From contig JBGPDC010000001.1 of NCBI GenBank assembly GCA_041482115.1, forward strand, positions 24,296-88,295: a stretch of DNA of 64,000 nucleotides. The letters run 5' to 3'. This document shows positions 61,988 through 64,000 of the stretch, piece after piece. Under the pieces are notes generated by a model. It saw nothing but the letters and a program-made list of their open reading frames with translations, was not told where the DNA came from and ran no database searches. This stretch comes from Terriglobia bacterium (GTDB lineage: Bacteria > Acidobacteriota > Terriglobia > Bryobacterales > JACQDG01). Each line of letters starts with the position of its first letter. Positions within the stretch are counted from its first letter, which is position 1. The position numbers were made by a program, and so were the translations under genes.

Positions 61988-63946
61988 ATGTGCGGCATCG
62001 CAGGCATTTTCGGCCAGTCGGATGAGAGATTAGCGCGCGAGTTCTGCCGGATTCTGGAGCATCGCGGACCCGACGATCAAGGGTTCTACGTGTCGCCGCA
62101 CGGCCCGGTCACACTGGCCAGCCGGCGCCTCGCCATTCTGGACCTGAGCCCCGCCGGACACCAGCCGATGTGGACCGCCGACGGCCGGTACGTGCTCGTC
62201 TATAACGGCGAGACCTACAACTTCGCCGAGTTGCGGCGGCAATTGGAGTCGCGCGGCCACCGGTTCCGCAGCCGTGGCGATACCGAGGTGCTGCTCGCGG
62301 CCCTCGCCGAGCGCGGCACGGCAGCACTGCCCGAGTTCAACGGCATGTTCGCCTTCGCGCTGTGGGATACCGACCGCCGCGCCGGCTTGCTCGCGCGGGA
62401 TGCGTTCGGCGTCAAGCCGCTCTACTACGCGGAGCTTCCGGGCGGGCGCCTGATTTTCGCCTCGGAGATCAAGGCGCTCCTGCTGCATCCGGAGGTCTCC
62501 TCCGAAATCGATCCCGCCGCCCTGCAGGACTACCTGGCGTTCCTGTGGACGCCCGACCCCGCCACCCTCTTCGCAGGCATTCGTAAATTGCCGCCGGGAC
62601 ACTGCCTCGAGTGGCGCGAGGGACAGTTCGCGATCCGCCCCTATTGGGACCTGCCCGCCCGAGGCGCCGACGCGCCGCTCGGCGACCGCGAGGCCGCCGC
62701 GGCGCTGCGCGAACACCTGCACCGCGCGGTCGAGCGGCAACGGGTGAGCGACGTTCCGGTGGGCCTGTTCCTCAGTGGGGGACTCGATTCGAGTGCCCTG
62801 CTGGCCGAGATGGCGGCGTCCGGGGGGCAGCAGATTCGTTGTTACACGGCGGCGTTTCCAGCCGAAGATAACGCCTACGACCAGTTCACCGACGACCTTC
62901 CCTATGCGCGGGCCGTGGCGCAGCATTTCGGTGTGAAACTGACCGAGTTCGAAATCCGGCCGCAGGTGGCCGAGCTGCTGCCCAAGCTGCTTTACTTCCT
63001 CGATGAGCCGCTGGCCGATCCTGCCATTATCAATACCTACCTGATCGCCCAGCAGGCGCGTGCCGACGGCACGATCGTGCTCCTCTCGGGGCAAGGGGCG
63101 GATGAGCTGCTCGGCGGTTACCGGCGGCATTTGGGACCGCTCCTCACCGCCCGGGCCGGATGGCTGCCACAGGGGGCGCGCCGCGCCGTCGGCCGCGCCG
63201 CCTCGCATCTGCCGGCCGGACAGCCGGGGGCCATAGGCGGCGTGCTGCGGCGGAGCCGGAAGCTACTCGCGCCGCTCGGCGAGACTCCTCTCGGCCAGTT
63301 CACCGCCCATTGCCAATGGCTCAGCGATGCGGACACTACCTCCCTGCTCCACCCGGACCTGGCCGCGGCGCTCGGCGGCCGGCGGCCAAGCGACGGCACC
63401 ACGGCGTGGCTCGAGCGTTCTCCCTCGAGCGAACTGGTCGACCGCATGCTTTACCGCGACCTCAAGACCTTCCTGCCGGCGCTGAATCTTACCTATACAG
63501 ACAAGATGGGCATGGCGGCCAGCGTCGAGGCGCGGGTTCCTTTTCTCGACCTCGAATTCGCGAGCTTCGCCTGGCAACTGCCCTCCCGGCAGAAGATCCG
63601 TGGACGGCAAGGCAAATGGCTGCTGCGGGAGGCCATGCGCGGCGTGCTGCCGGAGGGAATTCTGCGCCGGCCGAAAACCGGGTTCGGCGCGCCGGTGCGG
63701 CAGTGGATGCGCCGCGACCTGCAAGCCCTGTCCGGCGAGTTGCTCTCGCCCGCCGCCGTGCGGGCCACCGGCTGGCTTTCCGCGCCGGGCGTCGAGGCGT
63801 TGCGGTCGCGGTTTGAAGCCGGTCAAGGCGATCTCGGCTATTCGTTGTGGGCGCTGCTGGTTTTGCAGGTCTGGCGCGAAGTATTCATTAAGAATCAACA
63901 ATTTGCAGGACCTATTGAGACAAACGCGTCTGGGATATCAACCTAA
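61988..63946 (+). CDS. asnB: asparagine synthase (glutamine-hydrolysing)
   Basis: MCGIAGI Ntn-Cys. GDTEVLL. LSGGLDSS PP-loop. 652 aa. Confidence 0.93.
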   Translation: MCGIAGIFGQSDERLAREFCRILEHRGPDDQGFYVSPHGPVTLASRRLAILDLSPAGHQPMWTADGRYVLVYNGETYNFAELRRQLESRGHRFRSRGDTEVLLAALAERGTAALPEFNGMFAFALWDTDRRAGLLARDAFGVKPLYYAELPGGRLIFASEIKALLLHPEVSSEIDPAALQDYLAFLWTPDPATLFAGIRKLPPGHCLEWREGQFAIRPYWDLPARGADAPLGDREAAAALREHLHRAVERQRVSDVPVGLFLSGGLDSSALLAEMAASGGQQIRCYTAAFPAEDNAYDQFTDDLPYARAVAQHFGVKLTEFEIRPQVAELLPKLLYFLDEPLADPAIINTYLIAQQARADGTIVLLSGQGADELLGGYRRHLGPLLTARAGWLPQGARRAVGRAASHLPAGQPGAIGGVLRRSRKLLAPLGETPLGQFTAHCQWLSDADTTSLLHPDLAAALGGRRPSDGTTAWLERSPSSELVDRMLYRDLKTFLPALNLTYTDKMGMAASVEARVPFLDLEFASFAWQLPSRQKIRGRQGKWLLREAMRGVLPEGILRRPKTGFGAPVRQWMRRDLQALSGELLSPAAVRATGWLSAPGVEALRSRFEAGQGDLGYSLWALLVLQVWREVFIKNQQFAGPIETNASGIST

Positions 63947-63976
63947 GCTCCTAAGGAAATTGCCTTTCGAAGCTCG

Positions 63977-63992
63977 GGTGCAGATTTGCACC
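63977..63992. other. hairpin GGTGCA-gatt-TGCACC downstream of asnB
   Basis: It begins 31 nt after the asnB stop and shares the TGCAGATYTGCA core with the palindromes at 6754 and 7504. The window ends before any T-tract can be assessed. Confidence 0.4.
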
Positions 63993-64000
63993 GGGGAAGT

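Noticed and set aside
1-64000. tRNA, rRNA, tmRNA, CRISPR arrays, transposases and integrases
   Set aside because: I inspected the intergenic regions longer than 50 nt and the ORF translations. I saw no cloverleaf-like tRNA sequence, no regularly spaced repeat-spacer array, and no DDE, tyrosine or serine recombinase motifs. Absence is by eye only.

Overview
All calls below were made by eye from the sequence and the ORF track. No database search, folding or statistics were run. This is a visibly GC-rich bacterial chromosomal segment. Its gene content suggests an Acidobacteria (Solibacter/Bryobacter-like) genome: a Ser/Thr kinase fused to TolB-type propellers, a secreted protein with a TIGR03437-type C-terminal domain, and many Tat or Sec-signal hydrolases. 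That taxonomic call is inference only. The housekeeping backbone is fmdB-like/thrS, then rpmI-rplT-pheS-pheT, a ZapB-like gene, zapA and a ymdB-like gene, plus hom. infC is absent between thrS and rpmI. In its place sits about 5.3 kb holding a Dabb protein, a GT21/HpnI-like glycosyltransferase, a 2OG-Fe(II) oxygenase and a lower-GC islet. The islet carries an orphan BrnA-like antitoxin and an XRE-HTH/ImmA-IrrE metalloprotease fusion. The fusion is translationally coupled to an unrecognisable 211-aa protein. Upstream lie four 18-19-bp-spaced TTTACRG direct repeats and a small basic protein. I rank this cassette as the best candidate for an undescribed system. Other accessory content: (1) a decayed RelE/ParE-antitoxin chimera bracketed by a diverged ~145-bp duplication of the 3' end of the DUF190 gene (crcB operon); (2) MNT/HepT, two VapBC pairs and an orphan Phd antitoxin; (3) a TPR-CHAT protease, ECF sigma and zf-HC2 anti-sigma cluster with a STAS protein; (4) an arsR-arsM pair with AT-rich palindromic operators; (5) a tightly overlapped 8-gene polysaccharide operon on the minus strand containing a carbamoyltransferase/SxtJ/DUF5989 triad, with asnB divergent. 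Two copies of a hairpin-rich MITE/REP-like element (CCCT loops) are present. I saw no tRNA, rRNA, CRISPR array, transposase or integrase.
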